A stretch of DNA of 64,000 bases from Bugula neritina (Eukaryota > Animalia > Bryozoa): the NCBI GenBank assembly GCA_964035545.1, contig OZ037768.1:1830741-1894740 (forward strand), in the 5' to 3' direction. How positions within the stretch are numbered: the first letter of the stretch is position 1; each line of letters begins with the position of its first letter. Position numbers and translations under genes: made by a program. The notes beneath the pieces are model-generated. The model made no database searches. It had not been told where the DNA came from and worked only from the letters and a program-made list of their open reading frames with translations. Shown here piece by piece: positions 28,216 to 43,200 of the stretch.

Positions 28216-31200
28216 ATGTCGTTACATTCTTCAAGCAGCGATGACAATGATGACTTTTATGATTATCAAGATGAAATTCTCAGGACACCAATCGTTGAAC
28301 GCACACCCAGTGAATTTTCAGGACGCAGAGATTTTGTGGACTCTCACAGTCACTCACCTTCGGCGTCAAACCAAAATCATCTAAGCAGCAGCCCCTATCA
28401 TCAAAGCACAGGATATGCATATCGTCAACGAGGCTCAACTAAAAGTAATCACAGTGGTAGTAGTGGTAGTCCAGCAAGCACTAGTAGAGCTCCTAGTTTT
28501 GAAAATACAAAGCAGGCGTTTGCTGGCTCTTCACTTGATACGGTCAGTATTGGTAGTGTCGGTGGTTTAAGTGTGCCACCTTCTAGTTATGACGCTCGGT
28601 CTTACGATGGTCTGAGCCTCCACAGCACACCTAGACATGACAGACCTCATAGTCTACGAGGAATTGGTGATAGAAGTCCTCTGCCTCTCAGACGAGGCGG
28701 GAGTCCAACTTCTAGTGTGATCAGTGATCGAGAAAGAGAGGATATCGAGCAAATCAATGTTGAAGAAGTAGAAAAGAGAAGGCGAATTCAAATCTATGTT
28801 TTTGTATTGAGGTGTATTGCTTTTCCTTTCAATGCAAAGCAGAAACCTCCTCAACATGACATGCAAAAACGTCAGGCCAAAATTAGCAAGCAGGAATTAA
28901 CCAAAATTAAAGAAAATTTCCATGCGTTTCTATCTGGTGAAATGCAAATAATGGCAGATGAGGCTTTTAAAAATGCTGTTCAAAGCTATTATGAAGTGTT
29001 TTTGAAAAGTGAGAGGGTGACAAGTATGGTTCGTAGTGGTGCTTGCTCTGCAAATGACTTCCGGGAAGTGTTCAAAAATAATATTGAAAAGCGAGTTCGT
29101 TGCCTGCCAGAAATAGATGGCTTGGCAAAAGAGACAGTCTTAAGCAATTGGATGACAAAGTTTGATTTGATATATCGAGGAAATGATGGTGATCAAAGGA
29201 GCCAAAGAACATCAACAACTACTAATGAACTTATACTTAGCAAGGAACAACTGTACGAAATGTTTCAAAACATTTTTAATATAAAGAACTATGATCACTT
29301 GATATTATTTAATGCCCTACAGGTAAGACAGTAACTTCATACTGGAAATAATAGTTAGTTATCATGTTTGCTGTATGTTGGAATTTTGGAAGCCTTGTGT
29401 GATCGAAGACAGAATTGTTGCCGAAACTGGATTTCAAACTCCTGCCCTTATTGGCATACAATCTAAAATGAACTCTACTTACATTGTCATTATGTAGTCT
29501 GACCTTGCTACCTCTGCAATTTTACATATTCTTTAAAAAACTGTTTGTGTTTTTTATGTTTGCAATGTACTAGTAAACTCCATAATTTACTAATTGGTTT
29601 GGTTTGCATTTTCTCAAAAACATTTCAAACAAAGCTAAAAATTCAAGATTCTAAATCTCGCTTCAAGGATTGAGTCTTAAACTTTCATAAAATAATTTTG
29701 AAAGTTTGATTCCCTGTTTTACTAACATTAGAGTAATTAAGTTTTCACCTTGATGTGTTTTATTCTAATAGCATAGTTTTAGGCACTTTTTTACAAAAAA
29801 ATATATATATACAGAAGTGAGACAACATACCAGAATTAACAACTTTTGGGCGCTGGGGAGTCATTAAATTTCTTTTTTCTGATGTCCATAACTCAAGTTT
29901 CTTGAAAAGCTGTACAGAAATTAGTTTTAAATTGGATTTATATACAGTATATTATGTGCTGACATTAACTTAGACTACTGTAGTAATTGGGAAACCAGAC
30001 TTTAATTACAAACTTGATTGCCTGTACTGACTAAATCTAATAACCTTATCACTGACTACCCCCCATAGAACCCCTCTACTATCTTATCTCCAACCTCAAA
30101 GAATTCAATACTTCTATTGTTCGGAAAGTTCAAGTGCTATAGGGATTTGTGAAATTACATTACGTAAACTTCCCTGTTTGCTAATATTTAAGCAAATTAT
30201 TTGCTTTGCAAAATTTAAATTTTAAAATTTGGAGCTGCTTATTAAACAGCAGTTTATGTTTTTTGCCCTCAACTTTGGATCAAACTGTGGCACAGCAAAC
30301 TTCACACCCTGGTCTGTGAGTCAGCATAGCACTTGTACTTTGGGGTGATATAGGCAGGGCAGCTACTAGACCACCCACATTAAAACAGCACAACTTTGAA
30401 GATCATTGCTTTCTTTGTGAATCAGCTGAGATATGGGTTTAGTTGCAGTGCATTAGTAGGTCAACGTACCTGCAGGTTTAATGAGTGTCCCATTCAATTT
30501 TAATGAGGGCTTTTACCATCATTGCTTCAAAAACAATACCAACAAAAAGAATCCAATTTACATCAATATAATGCTAATTTCACTTGTTATAATTATAATC
30601 GTTGATGTCTTCGCAGGCGTTTCAATGAAAAATACAATAGTTTCTTCAAGGTTGAAACCACTTTAGCAGAATAAGATATTTATTGAGAGATTTGTTGTGT
30701 TGGTAAAGAATGTCATAATTATGTTGAGTATGCACTGAGCAGGGGATGCCTTTGAATCAAGCCTAATACTTGTTTCTTGTTAGACATCAATTAATGGTAC
30801 AAAGCTGTAATTTCAGGGTCAGGACAGCTAATGAAATTATAACCTTTCGCATTTGCAAGGTCATTTCAGCTCTTAGTTTAGTAGTACCTGCAGTCCATTA
30901 AATAGACTATTGATTTATGCTGCTGTGTTTTACAGTTGGACAATCCGGATGAACAGGCAGCGCAGGTACGGCGGGAATTGACAAGTCGGCAGCAGCAGAT
31001 CGACTCTGGAGGGTTTAAAATGGTAGGCGTTGCTGCCATATGATGTCCTGGATATGTTATATATAATATCATCAATATATTGCATATAACTTCATTATAT
31101 TATATATCATATACATTACAACACAATATGTTATATAATACATGTCTATGTACAGCGTATACCATGTCTACTACTCTACACTCAATAGCCATACTTTTGG

Positions 31201-34200
31201 ATTATAAAATCTCATCATTGCAGGCTGTATGTAAGGAAATAAAAATACTGTTCCACAAAATTTCCTTATATATTCTAGTATTAATATATATTAACTGGTT
31301 TTGCAAATAATATTTCTAAATGATGCTTATATTTCTTATTTCCTGTGAATTAAATTATGCATCATTATATCTTTCCACTAGTTGAAAGTTTAAGTTTGTA
31401 CTGAACTAACTTATGAACTTTCTAAGCGCAATCCATGTGTATGGTATCATGTATTGGGCTCTAGTAACTTTACTTGTCCTTTACTTGTGGATAGTGCAAC
31501 CTCATTGTTTCAACAAGTTTATTTGGTATTTGTCCCCTCCAGTTTTGTTGGTTTGTTTGTGATGCAGAAACCATGGAAACCACGTTTTATCGTCAAGGAA
31601 ATGGAGCCAATCAACATTGACGAGCTCAACACTCAGATCCTGCAGCTGAAGTCCAATCTGGAGAGTGTACCAGTAAAGGGCGGTACTATACCTAAACACA
31701 CAAAGAAACCAAGGTGGGGGCCCCTCCCTCCCTTTACAGATCTGTTAGCTAAGAACTCGGTTACTGTTATGATCTTTTGATTAGTTTAGACTTTCTGGGG
31801 AAAACTTTTAGTTGTGGAATAACTATTGAAGAAGAAAGATTTCTTGTTTTATTGGAACCAAATTGTGGATCCCAACTTTTTTAAAAATTGTTCAATACAG
31901 ACTGAGGAATTTTATAGTTGCTGATATTTGTTGAAAGTATTGAGTAATTTCACTTGCTCATCTGTTATTATAATTGTGTTGCGAAGTTGATGTACTATTG
32001 ATTTATTTGCTGTAATATCACAAAACTGTGTAGCTCTCTGACACTACGAGGTTGTGTAACATCTGCTCGAAATTGGTTCGCACTCAATGTCAATGTGAAT
32101 GATCTTTTTCACCCATGTAATTATTCTGTCCATGTATTGAGTTTAGAGTGTTGATAATACAGAGTAGGTCTGTTGATGATACAGAGTAGGTGTGTTGATA
32201 ATACAGAGTAGGTGTGTTCATAATACAGAGTAGGTGTGTTCATAATACAGAGTAGGTGTGTTCATAATACAGAGTAGGTGTGTTCATAATACAGAGTAGG
32301 TGTGTTGTAGCGAGTCAAGTTAACAACTGATGTTATTTTTCAGCCGCCAGTCCAATACGCTGCCGAAGATTGATGTGGCAGAGGAAGGTGATCAACATTT
32401 GAGTAAGATGGACGTAGTTCTGTCCTTCGGTATTGAGGTATGTTCCACAATTTTCTGCAGTTCTAAACCCCATTCCCCGAGTCTTTCTGCAAACGTGTTA
32501 TGTTTTTTATCAGAGCAGTAGACAAGCACTTTAACAACTTCCTCCCGTACATCCTAATGAGACGGTCACAGTAGTCACAGTATCTCTCCCCTACATTAAT
32601 TATGACAAAGACAAGCTGTCTTAAAGCAGAGGTTGTGTTCAATCGGTTGCTAAAGTAGTGGAATCGCACAGCGCAATGTTAACCTTCTCAGTGTCTTACT
32701 TCGATACGTTAAAATAATTATATACTTCAATGAACATATTTTTATGGAAATTGTTTGAATGATCCTGTTTTGAAAGTTTTTTATGGCTCAACAATAGTAT
32801 GAAGATTACAATTTCATTTAGTGACACATGTGTGTTACTGACACATAGTGTGTTGCTGACACATAGTGTGTTGCTGACACATGTGTGTTACTGACACATA
32901 GTATGTTACTGACACATAGTATGTTGCTGACACATAGTGTATTGCTGACACATAGTATGCTGCTGACACATGTGTGTTACTGACACATAGTATGTTACTG
33001 ACACGTGGTGTATTACTAACACATAGTGTATTACTGACACATAGTATGTTACTGACACATAGTGTATTACTGACACATAGTATGTTACTGACACATAGTG
33101 TATTGCTGACACATAGTATGCTGCTGACACATGTGTGTTACTGATACATAGTATGTTACTGACACGTGGTGTATGTTGCATAAATTTTGCTCTCTTGTAT
33201 CTTAAGGTGAAGATAATTGACTTGAAAGGACTGAAGATGCCTGGAAACAAAAATATATACTGCACAATGGAGATGGATGGACTCAAACTACAGACAGGTT
33301 CGGTGGTGAAAATATTGTTATCTGTTGTATACATTGTTTACTGTATATACTATCTACTGTATATTATGTTATGTGTACTGTATATACTATATACTCTGTA
33401 AACTATGTTCTGTATATACTATCTACTATATATTATGTTATGTGTACTGTATATACTATCTACTGTATATTATGTTATGTGTACTGTATATACTATCTGC
33501 TATATAATATACTATGTACTGTATGTGCTGTGTGTACTGTACTGTATATACTATCTACTATATAAGATACTATGTACTGTATATACTATCTACTATATAA
33601 GATACTATGTACTGTATGTGATGTGTGTACTGTACTGCATATACTAGATATACTAGCATCCACTCCTATCCCCTGGGATTACTCTCTTGTCATTTACTAA
33701 ACACACATGTATGCCGTCACTCTATTTTATCCCCTGGTTAAAGTGAAATAACAATTGCCTGGTGTTTCACGGAATAGTCACTGTGGCACGTGAACTCACG
33801 CTGCCTAACGCTCACTCTCTTAGACTCTCTTAAAATTCTCATCTCAATAATTAATAAAACTCTTGCAAATTTTTGCTGCAATTCAACTCCCAGAGCAAGA
33901 TATTGTAATTCACAATAATTGCGTTGTATCGATTGTTGAAATTGTCTCGTATATCTTACTACTACGTGAAATATTAATGATTGCAAGTTTAGCTAAAGGC
34001 ATTCAAATTGTAATATTTCATTAAAATTTAAGCTTGCAGTTCCTGATTGGATATTATTGAAAATATAATCACCTAACTCCGATGTCTATGCCCCCCCCCC
34101 CCCCATTAGTATATGTGAAATAGACATCTATGGTTGTTGATATCTAGTAAATTCGAGGTTAAGGAATAACACAAGTTATAAACTATCTCTAAATATAAAT

Positions 34201-37200
34201 AAAACAACTGAAGCCAGCCCTTCTGGCCGTTAGAAAATACCTCTACCCACTCATTCGAAATTTGCATTTGTTCTTGAATATAGTCAGTTTCATTTAGACC
34301 TGAACTATTAATAGCACATGTAGATATGTTTCATTTAGACCTGAACTATTAATAGCACATGTAGATGTTTCATTTAGACCTGAACTAATAATATCACATG
34401 TAGATATGTTTCATGGCAGGTCTTACTCCGGTCTCCAAACCATTCTGGAGCACGCAAGGCGACTTCACCACCACTCAACCCCTGCCAAACATAAAAATCA
34501 AACTGTACATGGAAAACAGCAGTATCATTAGCATAGATGACAAAGAACTTGCTAAGGTTGGCGTTTCTTTATTTAATTCTGTGATCTGATTGAGAAATTC
34601 ACTGACCAGTATGATGTTGTTTCACAACCTTATCTGTATTATTGCTTTATTACTTGTTGTATTACTGTATAGTATACCGTATTACTTGTTGTATTACTGT
34701 ATAATACACCATATTACTTGTTGTATTAGTGTATAGTATACGGTATTACTTACTATATTACTATATAGTATACGGTATTACTCGTTGTATTACTGTATAG
34801 TATACCGTATTACTCGTTGTATTACTGTATAGTATACGGTATTACTTGTTGTATTACTGTATAGTATATGGTATTACTCGCTAGTGTATTGTGATAGACT
34901 AGAATCACTTAGCTCTAGGCACTATCCCACATGCTTACATGTGCCAATTGATTATTGGAGGTTTGAGAAGCGCTAGAGTATGGATTAGAGACTTGTGTAT
35001 AACATTAGTCTCCTTTTGGCAAAGTTTTCTTCTCATTTATCTCATTTATCTCATTAGCTATTTTGGTCATGTGTTAGTGGAAATCTGGGTAATTTCATCA
35101 ACCCTTGGGCAACTCTGTAATATTCCCCACTATCAGCACATGGATATTGTACACACCACATGGATATTGTACACAGGAGAACATTCCAGATGGAATTTTT
35201 AAATGCATGGAGGGATTTTTCTGTTGCTGTTTGGCACCTAGATATTGAATCATTTTAGAAATTGAGGTTGGATGTTTTCCAATACCGAATTTCCCTGAAA
35301 TAGAAAAGTAATTTTACAAAGGTGCTGCTATACTGTTTCTACAGTTTTTTTAATTTAATCTACTTTGAGGCTCATTATCTTCAGCTTTCATTTCATTTTC
35401 TCTTTTCATGAACCAATAAGCATCTGATAATGTTGAGCTTAGCTGATTGGGTCTTAGCATAATATGGTGCCCCAAGTCATACACCGAATGTATATAATGT
35501 ATTAGAAGCAACAATTTCAAACCTGAAAATAATGGAAGCAGTGCAAACAGTACATACAAACTGAGTACTCATTAGTATCTTGTATGACGCAGATAACGCT
35601 GAAACCGACAGCCACCAGCTCCAAGAATGCCCAGCTCTACACACTCACGACAACGGATAAGAAGATTCAGGAGCAACTGCAACTCAGAGTTGAAGTAAAA
35701 ATGGAGAAACCTCAAAACATGAAGTACTGTGGGTGAGTCATAGTGTTTAGCCTGAAATCCTAGTAGTAGTTTTAGTACTTAGTTTTTAGCCTTAGTTCTA
35801 ATTAATAATAAAATTGATGAGGCCGTCCCACATTAGATAGAAGACTCTATGGCTATGTTGAATATACTGTAATATATTACTTTACTGTACGATGTGGTCC
35901 AACAGCTTGCAGCTAGTAAAGTCTCATCAGTGGAGAGTTATGCAGTAAAGGCAGGTGAATATGTCACACGTTTAGCATACATGATCTTGTGTGCAATATG
36001 CTGGTTGGGCTACACTATTAGCTGTAAGTAGGGTGGATGTCACACCACCTGTTCGCGGCAGCATCTGGCAGCAGCTGTCACTGGCTGACCACATCTGGTA
36101 CTTTATATTCGGCATACAAATTTCATCTGGGGTTGATTTCCTTATGGTGCATGCTGCTTCTAACAGCAATGTGGCTTTTAAATAAACTGCAGTCCAGCTC
36201 CGTCCGTCTTCCTTCTGTATTTCATATGATGACTTTGGAAAGAGACTTTGACAACCATTAAGCTCTTTTTGATTTCTCTGACAACAATTTCTGAATGAGT
36301 TGAAATGCTGACTCTGCTGGAATGCTGCCGTAGAACACTGGAGCTGTAAGACAACAGCTGCGGCTCTCCGGTGTCCAACAAACTGGACTACTGAATGCTT
36401 GTTTGTGAAAATTTATATTGATTTGTATTGCATTGGCACAAATATTTTCTGCATGATGTATTATGCGCATAAAATACTACACATGTGGTATATAAACTAG
36501 GTTAATAGTTGCAATGTGGTGCTACAATTGCTCAGGGGAAATCTGCTCTAGCTCTTTATAGCTTGTGAATACTATACTAACACTGGTGTGTGTGACTTGT
36601 AAGTACTATACTAACACTGGTGTGTGTGACTTGTGAGTACTATACTAACACTGGTGTGTGTGTGACTTGTGAGTACTATACTAACACTGGTGTGTGTGAC
36701 TTGTAAGTACTATACTAACACTGGTGTGTGTGACTTGTGAGTACTATACTAACACTGGTGTGTGTGACTTGTGAGTACTATACTAACACTGGTGTGTATG
36801 ACTTGTAAGTACTATACTAACACTGGTGTGTGTGACTTGTGAGTACTATACTAACACTGGTGTGTGTGACTTGTGAGTACTATACTAACACTGGTGTGTG
36901 TGACTTGTGAGTACTATACTAACACTAGTGTGTGTGTGACTTGTGAGTACTATACTAACACTGGTGTGTGTGACTTGTGAGTACTATACTAACACTGGTG
37001 TGTGTGACTTGTGAGTACTATACTAACACTAGTGTGTGTGACTTGTGAGTACTATACTAACACTGGTGTGTGTGACTTGTGAGTACTATACTAACACTGG
37101 TGTGTGTGACTTGTGAGTACTATACTAACACTAGTGTGTGTGACTTGTGAGTACTATACTAACACTGGTGTGTGTGACTTGTTAATACTATACTAACACT

Positions 37201-40200
37201 GGTGTGTGTGACTTGTGAGTACTATACTAACACTAGTGTGTGTGACTTGTGAGTACTATACTAACACTGGTGTGTGTGACTTGTTAATACTATACTAACA
37301 CTGGTGTGTGTGACTTGTGAGTACTATACTAACACTAGTGTGTGTGACTTGTGAGTACTATACTAACACTGGTGTGTGTGACTTGTGAGTACTATACTAA
37401 CACTGGTGTGTGTGACTTGTGAGTACTATACTAACACTAGTGTGTGTGACTTGTGAGTACTATACTAACACTGGTGTGTGTGACTTGTTAATACTATACT
37501 AACACTGGTGTGTGTGACTTGTGAGTACTATACTAACACTAGTGTGTGTGACTTGTGAGTACTATACTAACACTGGTGTGTGTGACTTGTGAGTACTATA
37601 CTAACACTGGTGTGTGTGACTTGTGAGTACTATACTAACACTGGTGTGTGTGACTTGTGAATACTATACTAACACTGGTGTGTGTGACTTGTGAGTACTA
37701 TACTAACACTAGTGTGTGTGACTTGTGAGTACTATACTAACACTGGTGTGTGTGACTTGTTAATACTATACTAACACTGGTGTGTGTGACTTGTGAGTAC
37801 TATACTAACACTGGTGTGTGTGACTTGTGAGTACTATACTAACACTGGTGTGTGTGACTTGTGAGTACTATACTAACACTGGTGTGTGTGACTTGTGAAT
37901 ACTATACTAACACTGGTGTGTGTGACTTGTGAGTACTATACTAACACTGGTGTGTGTGTGACTTGTGAGTACTATACTAACACTAGTGTGTGTGACTAAG
38001 AGTACTATACTAACACTGGTGTGTGTGACTTGTGAGTACTATACTAACACTGGTGTGTGTGACTTGTGAGTACTATACTAACACTGGTGTGTGTGACTTG
38101 TGAGTACTATACTAACACTAGTGTGTGTGACTTGTGAGTACTATACTAACACTGGTGTGTGTGACTAAGAGCGGTATGTTCATGTTACAATAGCACATCT
38201 TTATGCTACTACAATACCAACTTGTTTCTCACTGAGCCAGTCGCGTCTACATGTCAGTGTTGTTTACAGCTACCTGTATGCGGCTGGCAAAAAGATTTGG
38301 CGGACATTGAAGAAGAGGTACTTTGTGTTGGTGCAAGTCTCGCAGTACACGTTCACCGTCTGCAGTTACCGGGAGAGGAAGACCGAGCCTACGGAGATGC
38401 TGCACCTGAAGGGCTTTACTGTTGACTACAGTGAAGCACATCCTGGTAAGTGTGCTACTACACCTGTACATCTGGTAAGTGTGCTACTGCATCTGTACAT
38501 CTGGTAAGTGTGCTACTGCATATGTACATCTGGTAAGTGTGCTGCTGCATATGCATATTTGGTGAGTGTGCTACTGCATATGCATATTTGGTGAGTGTGC
38601 TACTGCATCTTTACATCTGGTAAGTGTGCTACTGCATATGCATATTTGGTGAGTGTGCTACTGCATCTGTACATCTGGTAGGTTACTGCACAGCATGTAA
38701 AAAACTTTTAGATAATAATAATTTGGAAAATTATATTATATGAAAAAGGCACAATATGGTTGCTGTTACAGTTACCACAATTAAAGTCATGAGTGTTTCT
38801 AGGTGCCAACAGTAATGGGTTAAAAAATCGAACTGATTGCTATTTGGTTTCTAAGAAGAGCTATAGAGTTCGCTGTAAGATTAGTTAGTATAATAAATAA
38901 ATAGACATTGCATAGCTTATACCAGCACTTCTTCATACCAATTATAAGGCAAGTGCTTTGTCAATAGAGTTGAGTGAGTCAAGTCAATATTCAAATGACA
39001 TATCAACGCCTGCAAGTGTTAACCATAATTCCTTTACATAAAAAGATATAATGGTATGTATCTTTTTACACAATTCAATGGGTATACTTCAAGTGTACAT
39101 TATCCTATGACTTACAATAGCATGCTACAATGTAGTAAGATTATGGATCATAATATCCTAATAGTTTCACCACCATTTCCTTGGATTACTGTATAACACC
39201 ACCACATATAAGGTTTCCTATATGAGATGTTACTCTACTGCATTCATTAAGTCCTTTCCTCATTATATGAAGAAGTTGCAGGTATATGCATTTGGTGTTA
39301 TATTATACAGTGAAATGTAGAGGACATGTTATTGCAGACATGGACTGTAATGGGGCTCAGTATTATTTCAACGCTGTGAAAGAAGGTGACAGCGTGACCT
39401 TTGCTACAGACGACATGTACGAGAGGTATAACTGGGTGCAGGCGCTATGCAGAGCTACTGGGCAGTCCCACAAGCCCACCCCTCCCGTCATCACAACCAC
39501 GGCTAATGGGGGCAACACCCCTAATCTACCTAACCTGCCCAAAGGTCAAGGAGGTGGGTCTCTAGGTCAGGCAGGAAGTAGTTTGTGTCTGCTGGCGGCG
39601 CTTACCTTGTCTACTTTATAATTAGAGGACAACTCCTGACATGCCGAGTGAATTTTCTTTTATTTCAATAATTTAATTGCAAATTTGTGCTCGTTGCAAT
39701 AACTTGCATATGTGGTTCGTAAAAAATTCTTTTAGAATTTACACATTTATTCAAAGCTTGCTAGGTTAATATTTTTCAAAAATTTATTAACTATTTGATT
39801 ACTAATTTCATGTTACACAGTTTTCCCCATAAAAATGTTAGCAATAGCAATAAACATGGTAGTTTTATTATCTGGCTGGAAATTCATTCCTTTTTTCCGT
39901 GAAAAAGGAAAAATTGAGACAACCATCATATGAAAGTTATGCATATTTTACTTCCTTATACTTTTCAATTGTTTTGAAGTCATGCTAAGTTTGAAACTGC
40001 AATATTTGTGTATTTTTATTTCTACTAAACACGTCATACTGATTATTTTAGTGCTATCTCATTGTTTACTTGTGTTGTTAATAATATATTCTAGAAATAG
40101 TGTGTGTTTTGAGAGAAATGTGGGGTATTAAGTAATAACACCTCTTCAATGTTTTCACTCTTTACATACACTATGCTGAGTCATACAAGGTCAGGAATGG

Positions 40201-43200
40201 TTACTGTATGCGTATGCTGGTATTAGATGTGATATACTTTCCAATACTTGCCTCTACTTAACCTGTATTAATGCTGGTCTACTTAGTAGCTTCAGTTTGG
40301 GAATAACTGGGGTTCTGGTTCAGACTAATGCCCAATAAAGTAAAGAAATTCAGTCAGTCCGACAACTTTGTGTTGTAATAATTGTGATTCACTGTGAAAC
40401 TAAGGAGAATTAGAATGGTTGCAGCGATCGATTAGTTTGTGCTCTTCCGATAAGTTAGTAACCAGTAAGTCTACATTCTGCTCTCGTGTTTCAGAGATAG
40501 ACAGGGCGAGGAAACACGGCTTGGATGAGTATGTCTCGGCTGATCCATGTGAGTTTAACCACGCCGAGCTGTTCCAGTCTCTGCAGAGCCTCACTCTGGA
40601 GTACAGAATGAACGACGCATACACTTGTCTGGTAGGTGCCTGTGGTGTCTGTATATTAGTGTAGATTAGTATATAGTAGTGTGTGTAGTAGTATGTAGTA
40701 GTATATGTAGTATTTATAAGTATATAGTATGTAGGAATATATGGTAGTATATAGTATGTAGGAATATATGAGTATATAGTATGTAGGAATATATAAGTAT
40801 ATAGTATGTAGGAATATATAAGTATATAGTATATAGGAATATATAAGTTTATATAGTATGTAGGAATATGTCGTAGTATAAGTGATTTGATTTGCATCAT
40901 CTCTGCTATTTAGGGCTGGTTTAGTCCCGGCCAGAGCTTCATTCTGGACGAGTACGCTGCCAGGTACTGTGTGCGGGGCTGCCACCGCTACCTCTCTTAC
41001 ATGTCTGACTTGCTGGACAAGGCCGAGAACGGACTGATGATAGACCCGAATATTATTCACTACAGCTTTGCCTTCTGCGCCGCTCACGTCCACGGAAACA
41101 AGTAAGACCAGTTATACAACAAGCTACTCTATTGCTTTATTGTAATGTGCACTCGTTTATCATTCAGTTAGAATCTTCTCAGATTTGGCCTAATGTCATT
41201 GGTGAGACAACTCTCGAGTAGCCATGACAACTGACGGACTAATGTAATATTTACAGCTTGTGTAAATTGTTATATTGTTACAATTCAATGTATTTCAGAG
41301 CTGACCTTGACTTAGATGCTGATGTCGTCACGTTTTTATGTGACGGCTTAGAGTAAGTCATCCCCCCTGAATATATCTGAAGGTGTTACCCCTTTACACT
41401 CATAATGAGTAAAATGAGTTAGAGATCAAATTCACTGTAAATGTTGTATTGGGTGTAATAAATGAACTCTATGTTGTTTCGGGTATGATTCTTTTACCTT
41501 CTGATTCAGTGCACAAGTACTCGGCAGCCACCATATTAGAACTTATTCTTTTTTCACGTATCTCAAACGCCATGACCACTATGAAATTTTTTTTACCCTG
41601 TTATCATATAAAACTATCTAAATACACCACCTGCTCCCCTCCCTCTTTACACTCCTTGGATTGTCTAATGCTCAGCGAGAATCCTGATAGTTTTTGTATG
41701 GAATTTCAGGCCGGATGGACTCGGCACCATAACTGTGGCAGAAAAGCAGAAGTTTGATGAAATCAAATCGAGACTGAGAGCTCTACTAGAACATCAAATC
41801 ACGCATTTTAGGTAACCAAAAAGTGCTTTGTTGTGTAACAAATACCTGGTATATCTGTGTTTTCATGTAACTTTAATCTTTTCCAAAGTCTCTTAAGTGG
41901 AGTTTTTTTATTGAACTTTGTTTTCGTATTTTAGATATTGCTTTCCATTTGGTCGACCAGATGGAGCACTCAAGTCAACATTGTCTTTGCTAGAAAAGGT
42001 TTGGCATGTTTAATTTTTTTTTGAAGCCATTAACGATAATTAGAGCACATTTACATGTATGAGATAAACGCAACTGTATATGTTTACTATGCTGTAAAAT
42101 TATTGATTAAATTGTTAAGTAGGTGTATTTTTCAATTGTCTCCATTGTTTGTGATAATTTACATCTAAACGAAAGTTTGCATATCAGTATTATTTTAATA
42201 TTTTATATATACAAAGTATCAGATTAACAACAAGCTCATTAGGAATATATACACATTGAGCAAATATTAATTAAAGTTAAAACACTTCAGTTTACAAAAC
42301 AATTTGCAAAATGATCAATAATAATTTAGCTGCGATATAGTTAATGTGAATATGATTGGGTGAACTCTTCCATTTTCAATTGAAATTGTATGCTCTACTC
42401 TTTTACTATTCATTTAATTGACTCAGTAATTCATCCGACACATTGACTCATTTCACTAATGAACTGCCTGAATAGTCTACGAGTCCCTCAGTTACTCTCT
42501 CAGTCACTCTCTTACTCACTCTCTTACTCAGTCATTTTAACTCACTTACTCAGACGCTCTCAGTCACCCACTCTCTCTCAGTTATTCAATCACTCAGTCA
42601 CTCACTTGCTCATTAAGTACTTCAGTCATTCTCTCACTCACTCTTTTACTCGGTCACTCTCAGTCGCTCTCTCACTCACTCTTAATCAGTCACTCTCTCA
42701 CTCAGTTATCTACTCAATAGTTCCTACTCTCTCTCTCTCTCACTCAGTCAACTCACCCAAGTACTAAGTTTTATATTTATTCACATCTTTTAGCTCTACA
42801 TATTAAACTGACAAATCTTCATACCCTAGTCTGTTCATAGTTTGTATTTTCTAATGCGTTTCTGCTTTATTGGGTTTCTGCCAGACACTGACTGTAGTTC
42901 CATAGTTTATTTTGCTAAATTTAGCTATAATTATTGTGCGACCTCTTGATATATGCAGAGTACTAAAAGGGTAAGCCATTAGTGGCAACTTTCTAATACA
43001 TCTAATCTTGACTTGTATCTAAAACAAGTAATTATAAAGCTGCACATGTAGCAATTACTTAATAATTATATGTTTAAATGGCATAATTCCATGTAGTTAT
43101 ATATAACTTCTCTGTTTTAGTTAATATATATGTTATATTAATAACTTCTCGTTCATATCTCTTTGCGGTTAGGTGCTAATGAAGGAACTGACTTCCAATA

